64,000 bases of DNA. Source: Balanoglossus misakiensis. Lineage: Eukaryota; Animalia; Hemichordata. The stretch covers positions 5,510,699 through 5,574,698 of the forward strand of contig CM082581.2 of NCBI GenBank assembly GCA_040954595.2, given 5' to 3'. The number at the start of each line of letters is the position of its first letter. The first letter of the stretch is position 1. Under the pieces are notes generated by a model. It searched no databases and was not told the origin of the DNA. It saw nothing but the letters and a program-made list of their open reading frames with translations. The translations under genes and the position numbers were made by a program. Shown in pieces: positions 51,701-64,000 of this stretch.

Positions 51701-54700
51701 ACTAATGGAGCCTTTAATTACGACTTGGAAACGGAGCGAATTTGCCTGTGTGTCTTTAAAATAAAAAGCTTCCCGGAATATATCTCGGTTGAATGGAAGC
51801 TTCCTGTTTCAGCAGTTTCCAAAAAGAAACAGAGGATGAAAAAAAAATTGCCTGTAAGTGTAATGACCATCTTGCACGCCACACCATGTGGAAATAATCA
51901 TGGCGATGACTCTTGCGCCTATGCATTTCAATCGTCTGATCTCCTCGAAGAAATAACCTGGCAGATTATCGGGAGCCGCTCAAGTGCGACGCGGACAAAT
52001 TGAACTGACGGTTTTATTAGAGCACAGTTTTACAGATCCATTATCATACAGACAGGCCGACTGCTTCGGCATTTTACTTTATCAAATCAGAAACTTCGAT
52101 TTTTATCATGGAGGCGCTGGATTCGACACGAACAGAAACACTCATCCTCTGCGCTTGTCTAAAGGAACGCGTATTAAAGCCTCTAGAGCTGCCACTTTTT
52201 GCATTATTTTCATGATTTTATTTTCAAACTTAAATTACTGATCTAAAAAAGCTTACTGCTAGGTAAACATGAACACCTTCTCGATGCCCGATTGTGACTG
52301 CGTGTCGCAATTTGAACACGCTACATGTATGTATTAAAACGGTGTCCCACCGACTTAATCAACCTCCATACAAACAGTACGGAGCTATGATAATCGTGGT
52401 ATGCGTCGCCAAGAGATGACAAACTGATGCAAATGCAAATAATATGGCTGAATGATGGGGATTTAGATGATATTGAATATATTTGAATTATTTTACTGTG
52501 GAAAAAATGTGAAATTTGGCAGCTATAGGGGCTTTAAAGCGTATACACAGGCGAGCTGGCCGAGCCATCCCTGGTTTGGTGGCGGCACCATCTGTACCAC
52601 GCGGGTGACATAAAGACGTCATCACCTTGAAATACAGTGTCACAGAATTACAGCTGCGTTTATAGATAGCCATCTTACATTTAGTTCAAAAGGTTTCAGA
52701 AATTAACTCAAACATCTCTTTCTCTTCAAGCTCGGTGATAGCGTGCTGCGACACGGAGAAGCTTAGCGTTTAATTTCGGTTTATGCCACCGGACAATTCT
52801 ATCGTGTGACGACCCTTTTGTGGCGATAGTAAAACTGCGGCAGTAGAGAATATGTCTAATTTGAGACACTCCAGTTATTTTTGGTCTGCACCTCATGGTG
52901 CGTTCATAATTGACCAGCGGCATAATCACATTCCAAAATCATTCGATCACACTGCCTTAACAAAACGGCCTACTGGAATCTGCTATTATACACTGAAGAT
53001 TTTTTTTTCGAGCGCGATTTTCAAATCCCAAGATTTTTTCTTCAAAGCAATACCAGGCGTAATTACCTTTGGTTGATTAAATCTCCTGCCAATATCCAAT
53101 TTGATTTTGATCTTATTTTCATTTCCTTTTTAATTAATGTTCATAAAAGTAGGTTAACCACACGACCGAATTCGCAAAATCAGAGGATAGCCTAACGCAC
53201 ATATCAGTGTTTGGTCAGGAATATGAAAGTGTATTGCCTAATACAGTTTGTCAATATATCAGTTTGATACATGTGCTGTTTTTGTTTCATCCACAACTAC
53301 CTGTCATGGTCACTTTTAAATTCAAAATTTCAACGACAATTTAATTCTCCGCGAAGGCCCAGCCTGAGCAAACAGCGCTCGTTGCGTCAGTGATACGCAG
53401 AACTACACGTTGTCATGGTAGCGCGCCCCGTCGAAAAAACTTCGCGTGAACGTGGTCTGCCTTAGAGACTATACATGCAGATTCACATGTAATTTATTAT
53501 TGATTTACCCATTCATTCATTCATTATTCAAAGATTTGGCAGTTATCTTGTTTTAATAGGACAGCAATAATGGCCTAGTTATTTACAGGGTGCAAATTGC
53601 CCAATCACACTAACACAGCTGTCCAGAAGCCCGCAATGGAGGTTTTATGTGGAACTTTACGACCGTGACTAAAAATCCAATTCATCCAAACGACCAAGCC
53701 GTCTCGCCCTAAATCTCGGTTCCGCCAAAGTCGGCCGACGACAAATCCAGTCTAGAGGTCCCTCCCAACGACTGTCATCTTCATTACCACATCAAAATCC
53801 GTCATGCTGTAGGCTCTGCTCGTTAGGAGGTATGCAGACATCGATACGGCCGCAGAACCATCAAAATAAAAACATCTCCGAAATATCTTTCATCGACAGA
53901 CATTTTGAGGTCAGAGAGGGTTGGACTGTTACCGATGATTTATTCCCGAGCATTTCTTAGCTATTCCAAACATGTGTGTTCTACTCGCCGTTAACAAAGA
54001 CAATGTATGTTGACAGAGATAGTTGAATAAGCCTTCACTTGTCAGTTATAGCTCCATCGGAGATACCATAACACGATTCTCTTGCGTCGATTCCAATGTC
54101 GCGGGCGGGTGTTAATTACAATGTCCATATGGGTCTGACGAGTCCATTAGATGGTGTATTTTGGTCGCCTAAGCACATTCGATAGTTTGGATTTTGTTGC
54201 AGGCCTCTGTTGATTCGAGTTACTAATCACGGCTGCTGGTGTGACGACATATCCCATAACAAACTAGATTTATGCGACATAAACTGCGCAAACTGTATAA
54301 GATAAGTATTCACAAATGTTTAACTCACAAATGGCATAAATGATCCCTCTATTAACTTCACTGTTTTCCATAAATGTCTTGTTCATTGCTTATAGTATAA
54401 ACTCAGCATGTTCTATATAATTGCCATGGTCATTGTAATTCATGTTTACATATCGTCATACAGAGTGTGGAGTTGTCTTAACAAATCACCAGTAGGCCTA
54501 TATAATGACTATGCTGTCCCCAGAAAACAAACAAACCTGCAGCACAGTGCCGCACAGCCGCAGAATGGGAACCTGGCAAAGTCGCGGCGAATGGCGCGGC
54601 TGACCCCTTCGGGTCAAGGGATGTCGGTTAATTGGCGAATGCGAGTCGGTGATTAAGTGGACTAAGTACAAGCGTAATAGAATAGCCTCAGTGTGTTCCC

Positions 54701-57700
54701 GTGGATGATGAGCATCCGACCTCCATCGATCGTCTTTCCAACTTGATATGTTATCCTTGACACCAATCAATGACGCGTTAACGCTCGTGTGGATGTGCGC
54801 GCCACATACGCCAGCGTTATTTTTGGTTTATCTTTTAACCGTTTTTTCCGAGTGTTTTTTTATTAGTTTTGCGAGTTATCTGTGTCAACACGGTCATTGC
54901 CGTCTGGTGTTTACCAGAATGTTGCACAGGAGCTTGGTGGCGGATGTTGCCTATTTCCACTTCCGGTGGTTTTTTTCATAACAGTCGACACATAAAACCG
55001 TTTCAAACGAGAGAATTATGATCTCTAATATGACAGTGCGACAGCCCAGAGGAAAGTACATGTAAGCATTGTGTACCACTGAATAATGGTTTTATTGCAG
55101 ATCGATTTGTGTGTTATCGCCCACTCAAATATCTATAGGAAGAAACGTTACCAAACCCCCGGGGCTCCACGTAATGTTCGAGCTAACCGCACTTAGAAAG
55201 CATTCAATGAATCTTGTACCACAGAGGTACGGGCTTCCCGGTGTACCCGGTTACACCAAACATCTCAAAAATGCCTGACCGGGTAATTTTGTTTCCCTTA
55301 CCCAAAGCAATTTGTACTGCACTGTGTAATCACCTCCGCCCCTTTTCACCGATCAAAAACGTCAGTGCGTACTGCAATTATACTAAATTATTGGCGGTCA
55401 CAAAACCAGTTGATCATGAGCAATCGCGTGCTTACAGTCACATAGCCTGGTTTACTCGATGGAGATTCCATCAAACATTAGCCAGTATCTCTGAAATCCA
55501 GTGGGGGTTGCACAGTGACTATAATTACACATTCGTGTACAATTCAGAAAGTGCAGTTTTTCCGAGGTACCTGCGTGCGCTAATGCTCAACGTTGCCTGG
55601 AATGGCAGAGTCGTGTATTTTGTATATACACTAACTATGTAAGGCTCAACAGTCATTCTTCCTTCAGCCACATTACTGCGAAATGCGCGCGTAAAATCGG
55701 ACGCAAGAGCAACATAAAGATGTTGTGTAACATCTAGTCTGAGAGATATTTGTTAGCTAACGTGATATTTCATGCCAGGAGAATACTCAAAAAGCTATCT
55801 GTAAAACAGAGACAGTCGGGCTGCTGAAAACACGGAATAAGGATTCACCCCGCGGTCATTAATGAAGTTAATCACCGATGCTACCAGTAAAAGAAACGGT
55901 TCAAGAAGTACAGATAGTTCCGGGTGTTCTGTGAAAACGATGACGTAAAGCTTTTCTCAGGCTCAAACCTGTGACAGTTGAATGCTGTTTTATACATACA
56001 CATGTAAATGTTTCATCTAAAACAATGCAGCACTTGTAGCTAGCGATGATTCTCGAAGCATGCAATTATCGATGGTGGCAATATATCCCTACCTCTTTCC
56101 AACGCACCTACATGTATATCATGCTGTTGTCCTTCATCTTGACTGAAATGTATCCCGTCCGTTCGAAATCCTTACATTATTTTGCTAATTGTCTTCGAAC
56201 CGCAACTCAGTCTATTCATGCGCAAAATGTTGTGGCTACGTCAGAACTCCGCTGACCAATAACATTCTCAATGTCAGTGGAGCAATGGCGTTCGATGGAA
56301 GATGTAAATGAGATCGAGACCGTCTCTATGTTGCATATTTTGAGTCCCGTGCACAAATCACAAGTATTGGACGCTATCAAATGAGTTCGAAAAATATTTT
56401 TGCAAAGCTAGAAACAAAACCGAAAGTTCTTTCTCCACTATTCAGCTTTTAAAAAGTGTGCCTGCGCCTTTTCTATCGTTTTCAATATCTTAGTTAGAAG
56501 TGCCCGTACTGTCAATACAAGATGTGAGAAATCTTCATACGATTCTTCCAAAACTGAGACGTAATTTAAAGGGGATATTTTTCATGTCTTGAATGCGTTG
56601 TCTTGTACTATTCAAAAAAAGTTTGCTGAAATGGTATTCAGCTTGTCGAAACAGCTTGTATTCGTAAAAACGAACGCTGTCATCATTGTCCAGTGAATTC
56701 CATTGCCATCCACACCAATACATATATGGGTGGCGTTGACACATCTTAAACACTGGACATTTCAACGTTTGTACCGAATTACACGAGTTGGCAACATTCT
56801 ATGCCAGGACAAGAATCTGTAGTTGGGGTATGGAACGCATGTTGTCAGAAAAGTTCTCAAAAGTTCAACTAACGGTCCCTGAAAAGAGTAATACTAATAG
56901 ATGAAGAAAAATAGCATGCTTACCCCGTATATCAGTTGCAAATGCTTTACAACACTGTACTTTTATATTAAGTACACGGGACAAATTGTGTTTTGGTTTC
57001 AGGTTTCATGATGTTGACTCTCGGTCCAGAACTATGCTAATAAAAATCCGTCAGGGACACATGAATGATGGTTTGTGCCGTCAGTTGTCGCCATGGTGAC
57101 GTGGTCGCCGCGGGTTCATTTTACAGCCCTTGCCCCTAAAAATAACTTTGTAGTCTGGTCTGGACTTGGCTGTGGAAACCTGATCGGGCCAGATACAATG
57201 TTGATATGTGACGCATGGCAGGTTGTCATGACAATTTATGGTACATTTCACACAAGTATGATAAACGCTGGCTATCAATAGAGCTGTCAGTGGAGACCCA
57301 GAGTGTCCCAGTACAAGTTTGATTCATTGAATTCTTCCAATCTCTATCGGCGCCAGATTGATAAGGGGGAAGAAAACTAGATCATAGAAAAACCATATCA
57401 TTTGCCATTTCTGACACTCAATACAGGTACAGAGAGCATTAACCCTCAAACTGAATATGATAATGACGTTAAAGAAGAGAAGTGAAAATTGTTACTGTAA
57501 ACGGGAACCCGTCGCAATTGTTTGCATCCAGAGAATTTCGAAATACAGATCGTTGTCCTTTTGTGTTATCAACGCTAAAAGAAACATCACTATTGAAGAG
57601 AGGTACAACAAGGAAGCCATCTTCGAACAATGGAAATGGAGGGTGGGTCTGATCGTCCAATAACAATGCATACTGTGTACATGTAGTATCGACGCAGTGG

Positions 57701-60700
57701 TGATGAACGGTAATAAAAAAGACTGGGATTCATTGTCTACCTGCGCAAAGGCAACTCTTAATAAACTAGTTCAGGTATATTTTATTTCCTGGCAGCCACA
57801 AGTCGAATTACGGCCCGAACAAAAACGAGCAAATGGTGAAAGGAGCTAATTAAATGTCGGTATTTCTTTACGTAAATCATTAATCAGTATTTTGCTACCT
57901 TTCAACTACCCCAATTTAACGAGACTGGGCAGGGTTACAGATCGCTAATTTGCCGATAAAAGTGTACCATGCATCTACAACTACAACAGAAGTGTCCGAA
58001 CACCTGACAATTAACAAGGCTCCCGTTATCAAACTCAGATCAGCACACTTTAGCATGTCACACACGAATTGCACTACGTAACATCAAAAGATATCGGCCG
58101 TGCTTGACGATAATTTAATTTCAAATTAATTTCCTAACATGACGACACGGTGTAATAAAAACCGCGCAATTTATTCGTCCCCACGGACAGCGGCGAGCGG
58201 TCACAACAAGCCATCTAATCATTAACTTTCCGGAGCGACTTCCAAAATCAAACGGGTAATAAAGTTTATATTGTCAGGCGTAACGTGTGTAGCATGGCGC
58301 TAAGCCATAGCCTTGCAATACTGAAGCGTAAACATGGAAATGCAAAAGGAACGTTCAAAATATTTATATATCTGACTGCGCTGTCCCCGAAATAACTTCA
58401 AATTACTTGTTTGACCTCCCTTTCCAAGTGTACGGAAAATGAGTATAGGTGACCAAACGATGACGTCACGGTTCATTATCTGTAAGTTGAGATCTGTGAC
58501 GATGAATGACAACATGCACCGGCCAAGGATCGCGGATGATAATCATAAAATGATTGTCCAGGAACAGAAAATGAGCGCCAAAATTTGTGCTGAAAGCAAC
58601 AAAGAACACCATTCCGCTACAAGCCAAAGCGTATCCATGATCGTCTAAATCTTCTCGTGGACCAGGCCTTACAACATAGGGGAGTATACGTTGCGCTCAT
58701 CGTTGTAATGATTTACTTACAGTACAATAATAGAATTGGAACTACAGATTACATCGGTTATAAAAAGAAATGTGTTAAAGGCATGGCTATAAGAGACATT
58801 ATGAAACTTTTATACGGCATAAATTGACGAGAGCACCTAGTACGTCTACAGTAATTGGACAGAAGGTCGCATTAGCCCAGATCCTGAAAGATCCGGTCGG
58901 GCAACACAAACTGAATCTCACACCGACGCCTCGTATAGCTAACTATAAAAGGCTACAAGGTCGGTTGCGGACACACTTTCAAAGTTGGTCCGAGAATAAC
59001 TGCGAAATTGTGTTAGCTCTGGGGAGAGATCGCATTCTGTGAACTGGGCTAATTAGGTTAGAAGGAACTGTTGGTCCCTCGCTGTGATACACCCGATGTA
59101 AATACCAGAAGATAAACGTATTCCATATGGATGCTTAATTTTGTCTTGGAACTACGGCGATATATCATCTTTTCCAAACACTTTCCATACTACAGTTACT
59201 TCAATACAGGTATCATTTTCTTGCAGGTCGACTTTTTTGGTCAAAGATACCTATGTTCAATGTCTCCTTCCGTGGGTTTTCTGTGACTGGACCTTGCTGT
59301 GTATCTTGTCAATTCCAAAAGTGTCAATCCGGATGCCCCAGAATCAGGATTCCATTACAGCAAGTTTAGAGTTGCGAACGCCTCGCCAAGGAGATCACCT
59401 CTAACGTATCATCGCCCCAGTTTCGGATTACCTGTTCTAAGTTAATTTAAAACACTCCTGGCTTCGAAATTATATGATGAGCTAGCGGGAAACAGACTGT
59501 AAAAGTATAAAGTATACATGAATCTAGTATGTGACTGTTCTTTTGACAGTTTGCTCCAAATACTGACGTTCAGTTTAATTCGATGTAGGCCTAACCAGTG
59601 TTAAAGCGTTAGACAAGAAATGGCGATGCACAGTTTTCATGTATAGAGTACGAAAGCAGAACGAATTATGTCAAAAAATGTTCGTTTTTCTAAAAATGTA
59701 ATTTATCGGTCGCTGATGTTAGAATTGGCTGTCCATTTGAAATGTCAATCATTTAATTTAAAAATGAATTTCCTCATAATAACAAAAATGTTTCCAGTGA
59801 AAATGTCAGCAGTCATTGCTAGTGAGTGGTTATTGCAACCCTTTTAACGGAGCATGTTTCCATGGTGACCGCTTTGCTATTTAAATGATGTAATTTCATA
59901 GTAGCGTGAAAGAAGACAGAGTTACTTGAAAATGTCAACTTGTGGGTTGTAGGTTTTCGTGCGCGATAAATGTGACATGGTTCGCCAGGCGCCTAAATTT
60001 TGCAAGTGTCGCTTCGCTCTCAATCAAAACGTTAACATCGGTCATTATCAGCTTAATTGGACGAAATGACATGAAACGCAGGAATTACAACATAGCCACA
60101 ACGTATTTCACCATTCCCTTCTTATGTTTACAGGTCCACTTGGCTGCACCATCGCATGTTGAAAGAATGTTAACTGCTGGTCAAAGTGACACTGTGTTTA
60201 TTGTTAACCTAAGCGTGGCGTCATCTTGTTAAATTCTAATTATCATGAAAAATCTAAAAAAACTAAAGAGTTAAAATCAAATAAACAGTACTAGAAGGTT
60301 GGTTAACTCACCTAAGTGGTTATGGTACGTTTTGCCCGTGAAACAAATGCAATGCTCCAAACGTAAAACAATCAGCGCGCGTCAGACAATTTTCAGTTGT
60401 CAAAAGCTGTCTGTCAACGCCGTCGTGAAAGCAAAATGATATTGATTTGACGGGAGCGTTTTTTACGATGATTGGAGAGCTGGTATGACTTCTGTATGGA
60501 CACTCATGAGGAATTTTAACGGCGGGACACCCGGCATATAAGTGTGTATAATGTCCTTATTTTCCCTGGAGGTAGCTACTCAAAACGCCATCAGGTGGCC
60601 CACCCCGGATGGTTATAAACACGGATAAACCAAAGGTCAGGGCAAAGATTGCCAAACAGTGTCCTGGGTTTTATTATCTACGTACAGCAGAGCGTTATTT

Positions 60701-62546
60701 GTGATGCGGATCTAAAGCACGATGCCAACCTACGTCACGGCCTTCTTAGCGCCAAATAGGAGTAAAGTGGAATTTTGATTTCTGTTCGACTTCTTCATTT
60801 TTACGCTCTTTGGTCAATCTTCTTTTCGCCGCATCGCATCAGTAATTGTTGATTTGAAACCTTACAGTCTTTTCATTAGCTGCGCGATGTACTGTAAATA
60901 AAACTTATTTAAGCTAGCATGTTATTTGAGCTCAGAAAACTATATGTAGACGTGTTAATTCGCTAATCTAAGATTTATATATATACCATGATGGAGGTGT
61001 CTTTACAGCAAAATTAAAAACCTGCTGAGTGTGCTGGACCAAAGTTCAGCGAGCGCCGCACCAATCTGTACGGTTGCCATTGCAACTGAAGGATCTCTAA
61101 CTATTTCCGCGGTTAGCTGGTCCCGACTATAAGGTCCCCCAAAGGTGTCAGAATTATCTGGTATCAAACGTATCCAAGTGATTTCAATCTAAATGGAAAT
61201 TGGAAGCAAATGACGAAAGTGATCTCAGACTCCGGGAACTGAAGCCCACGACAAAATTGGAGTTTGGTCATCGACGTGACGTTCAGCCCAATGAAACGTA
61301 GCATAACAACATTGGATGAAATACTGACTAGCCAATTCGGAATATGAAGCAACAAGAGCTAAAAATTCGCATCTTTTGTTCTCTGCTAGTACTGCTAGAC
61401 ATGCAACAAACTCGGAGTAACTGGATTACATGTATATTAGTGCTTTAAAGTCGAAGTTAAAGAGAACGTGGATTTCTTATGGCAGCAAAGGTTGTTCAAA
61501 GTGTGGCTTCTAATTACAACATCTCGTGCTGCCCAGAGACTTACAAATTGGCGTTTTTTTCCGTCCACGTTTTCGTGCCAGTGTCCGTGCGTGCGTGCGT
61601 GCGAACACGTCCGTTCTCAATGATTTGCATTTCAAATGTCACGATTTCTGAACAGAAATATACGCATCTTCAGGCCGATTTATTACAGATGTGTGATTGA
61701 TTCGATTTGTGGCCTGCTGGAATCCAATTTGACCGCCGTAAGTGGCCGCTTTAATGTCCGGAGCCAATACCTTGCGGTGACCCTCCCTGACTAAATGTGT
61801 TTACTCGCGTGAACCGACGGTTTTCATAGCACCACGACACTCTACGAGAACGCCTTGGACCATCCATTAGGCGTCGTCCCGATTGTAATTCTGCAGGTCT
61901 TTTGATCCAACGCACTGGTTTCAATCATAAGGATTGCAAATATTCTGAGTGGGTATGCCCACGCTGTGGTATAGAATGAGACTAATCGAAACAGCGATAA
62001 ACGTTCGAATAAAACTCAGTCTTTTGAGCAGATATTCATGTCCAGTGTTTTGCATCTCCTTTGGAAATCCCATTCCCCATCAATCTGACTAGCAATCCAT
62101 GAACTTGAATGTCAAAATATTCCGAGAAAAAAAGTGCATTAGATTCCGATATACCGTATATGCGCATCGGTAAATTGAAATTATTGTCCCCGTAACCTAT
62201 TGGCCTGACCCTTAAATAGAAAGTAATTACCCGTCCCCCGATTTTATGGGAAGAAATCTAAATTTTATGTGGAACCGATACAAGGTTAATGTTGCATTTT
62301 GCCATCGCGGTTAACGTCGCGATCACTTTTCGACTGAAGAGAGGTAATTGCACCATTTTCACTGAACTAGTTCGGAAGTGACTGGGTCTGAATTCTAAAG
62401 AAACTAATTCTCGAATTCGCAATTCGCCTCGGAAGATGTTTTTTTCTTGATACACTCGATTGAGCTAATAAATACATGCCATTGGTTCTCCTGTTACATT
62501 TCCACGGTAATACCCAACCTTGATTCTTTGCTGGCGGAGTGGACTT

Positions 62547-62573
62547 TTTGTTTGTTTGTTTGTTTGTTTGTTT
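62547..62573. repeat. (TTTG)n microsatellite
   Basis: tttgtttgtttgtttgtttgtttgttt. Confidence 0.85.
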
Positions 62574-64000
62574 CTCATATCATATGTCACTTGGCAGCAT
62601 GGATAGGACACATAAAGTGCATTTTGTATATCATGCTGACTATGCAACATCCAAACATTTAATTTTAGTTCCGCCGCAGAAGTTCGGCACGTGAGGACGA
62701 AAGAAAAAAATGGTAGACATTTTCTCGTTTCCAACTGATCCCAGGCTCTCCTGCTGAGCGAGCTGGCAATGGTAACTTCCATCTTGCTAACTATAGCCTG
62801 TATCCAGTCAACCGCGGACTTGGAGTCAAGTGTGGTCCCGCCTTCTTCGCAGAATCACCGCGTATATTAATAGCAATACGCAAACGACAGGAAAATGATG
62901 CAATGGCGCGGAGTTCGTGATTTGTGTCCATACGGAGCGAGTCCCGAGACGACGCTTGACACCGACTGGCAAATTAGCGCGCGGGACCGGGATAAGTAAG
63001 CCGCTCACTGACATGATTCATGTTCGATACGTCTCGGATTGATGGTTTTATAAATACACCACCGCGAACCAGAATTACTAATGGTCAGACTTATCGTTGC
63101 ATTTCGTTACTAATGCGATCCATGGCGATGTGCACCGGGGCTTTCAAAAGGGGGACCTTTCACCCGCGCCGCCATTTTACGGCACTTACAGCCGAAATCA
63201 CAAACCACTTAATTTATTATCGCCAATGTGATTAATGGCGTGTTCTGCTGATACCGCGGTATGGTATGGTCATCTACCCGTGTTATAGCCTTTCCACATT
63301 TATATCAAAGTGTCTGAAATATCTAGTGATCGAAAACATGCAGATGCAGCATTATAAATATGTCCTAAATAGCCTCTCTGCCTCGACTTCGCCATATCCC
63401 TTGAAACATTAATCACCCAATGATTTTCTGATAAGCGCCAATTGAAGATATAGCTTAATTCACTCAGATAATAAGAGATGTACATGTACCTTTTATCATT
63501 AAAAAAATACAGGGACCCTGGAAATATTCCCAGCACGATTTATTCTATGTTAGGGAATACTTATATTGCCGATTTTCCAATGAGTCGCCTTTTTTCATAT
63601 TTTTAAATTTGTTTATGACAAACTGGCTATAGCTTGAATTCTATTTACACACATGTTATGTGTAATACCGCACGACAATTTGACGTCGGAAAATCTGAAT
63701 TAAAAATTGACACCATAATTAACGATTCTACAGTTAACGATTTCCAAATGTTACTTGTATTATAGTAATGGAAGATAAAACATCTGACAGAAGAATCTGT
63801 TTGTTTACCGCTCACAGGTACATGTAGAACAATATATTACGTGACTGGGTTATCCTAACAATCAGCGACAAACCGCACATAAACATTAGAAATATATTTT
63901 ACTTAAGACCTGTATATAATTCAAACAAATAAATTCGACCAAAGTAATATATAGTATTGCGTCGTTTACATAAACACAATCGGGAACAAGCTGCGATATT

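Noticed and set aside
54548-54650. HDV-like ribozyme suggested by two GGCGAATG motifs and GC stems
   Set aside because: No P3/L3 (TYCHCG) element or nested double pseudoknot can be built.
58174-58194. RE1/NRSE-like motif (ttcgtccccacggacagcggc)
   Set aside because: Left half-site TCAGCACC is broken, and REST-type regulation is not established for this kind of genome.
62794-62977. Possible second TAG-terminated foldback (ccagtc/gactgg, tcaagtgt/acgcttga)
   Set aside because: Right terminus and TSD are not recognisable. The same applies to the gagacta end near 53469.
1-64000. CRISPR array, rRNA, tRNA, prokaryotic operons
   Set aside because: No repeat-spacer array, no cloverleaf or A/B boxes, and coding density and repeats are clearly eukaryotic.

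Overview
Eukaryotic (metazoan) non-coding DNA of about 40% GC, with microsatellites and no obvious CpG depletion. It most resembles a marine invertebrate genome (hemichordate-, cephalochordate-, echinoderm- or lophotrochozoan-like; this is inference). No ORF in the track is recognisable as an intact host gene, and I found no rRNA, tRNA or CRISPR array, so the window reads as a very large intron or gene desert. Supportable features are: (i) an internally deleted PIF/Harbinger element (40857-41683) retaining the convergent 5' ends of a transposase-like gene and a Myb/SANT-like gene; (ii) small non-autonomous DNA transposons (a TTAA-flanked Kolobok-type MITE, a 99-bp AcademH-type foldback with a degenerate 9-bp TSD, and a decayed Kolobok-type left end); (iii) several microsatellites, which explain the low-complexity ORFs; (iv) weaker candidates: isolated GT-AG exons on both strands, two miRNA-like hairpins and promoter/enhancer motif clusters. 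The most striking window-wide signal is at least 30 dispersed copies of the palindrome TACATGTA (about 2 expected), which is exactly the Tc1/mariner-type excision footprint TA+CA+TG+TA.
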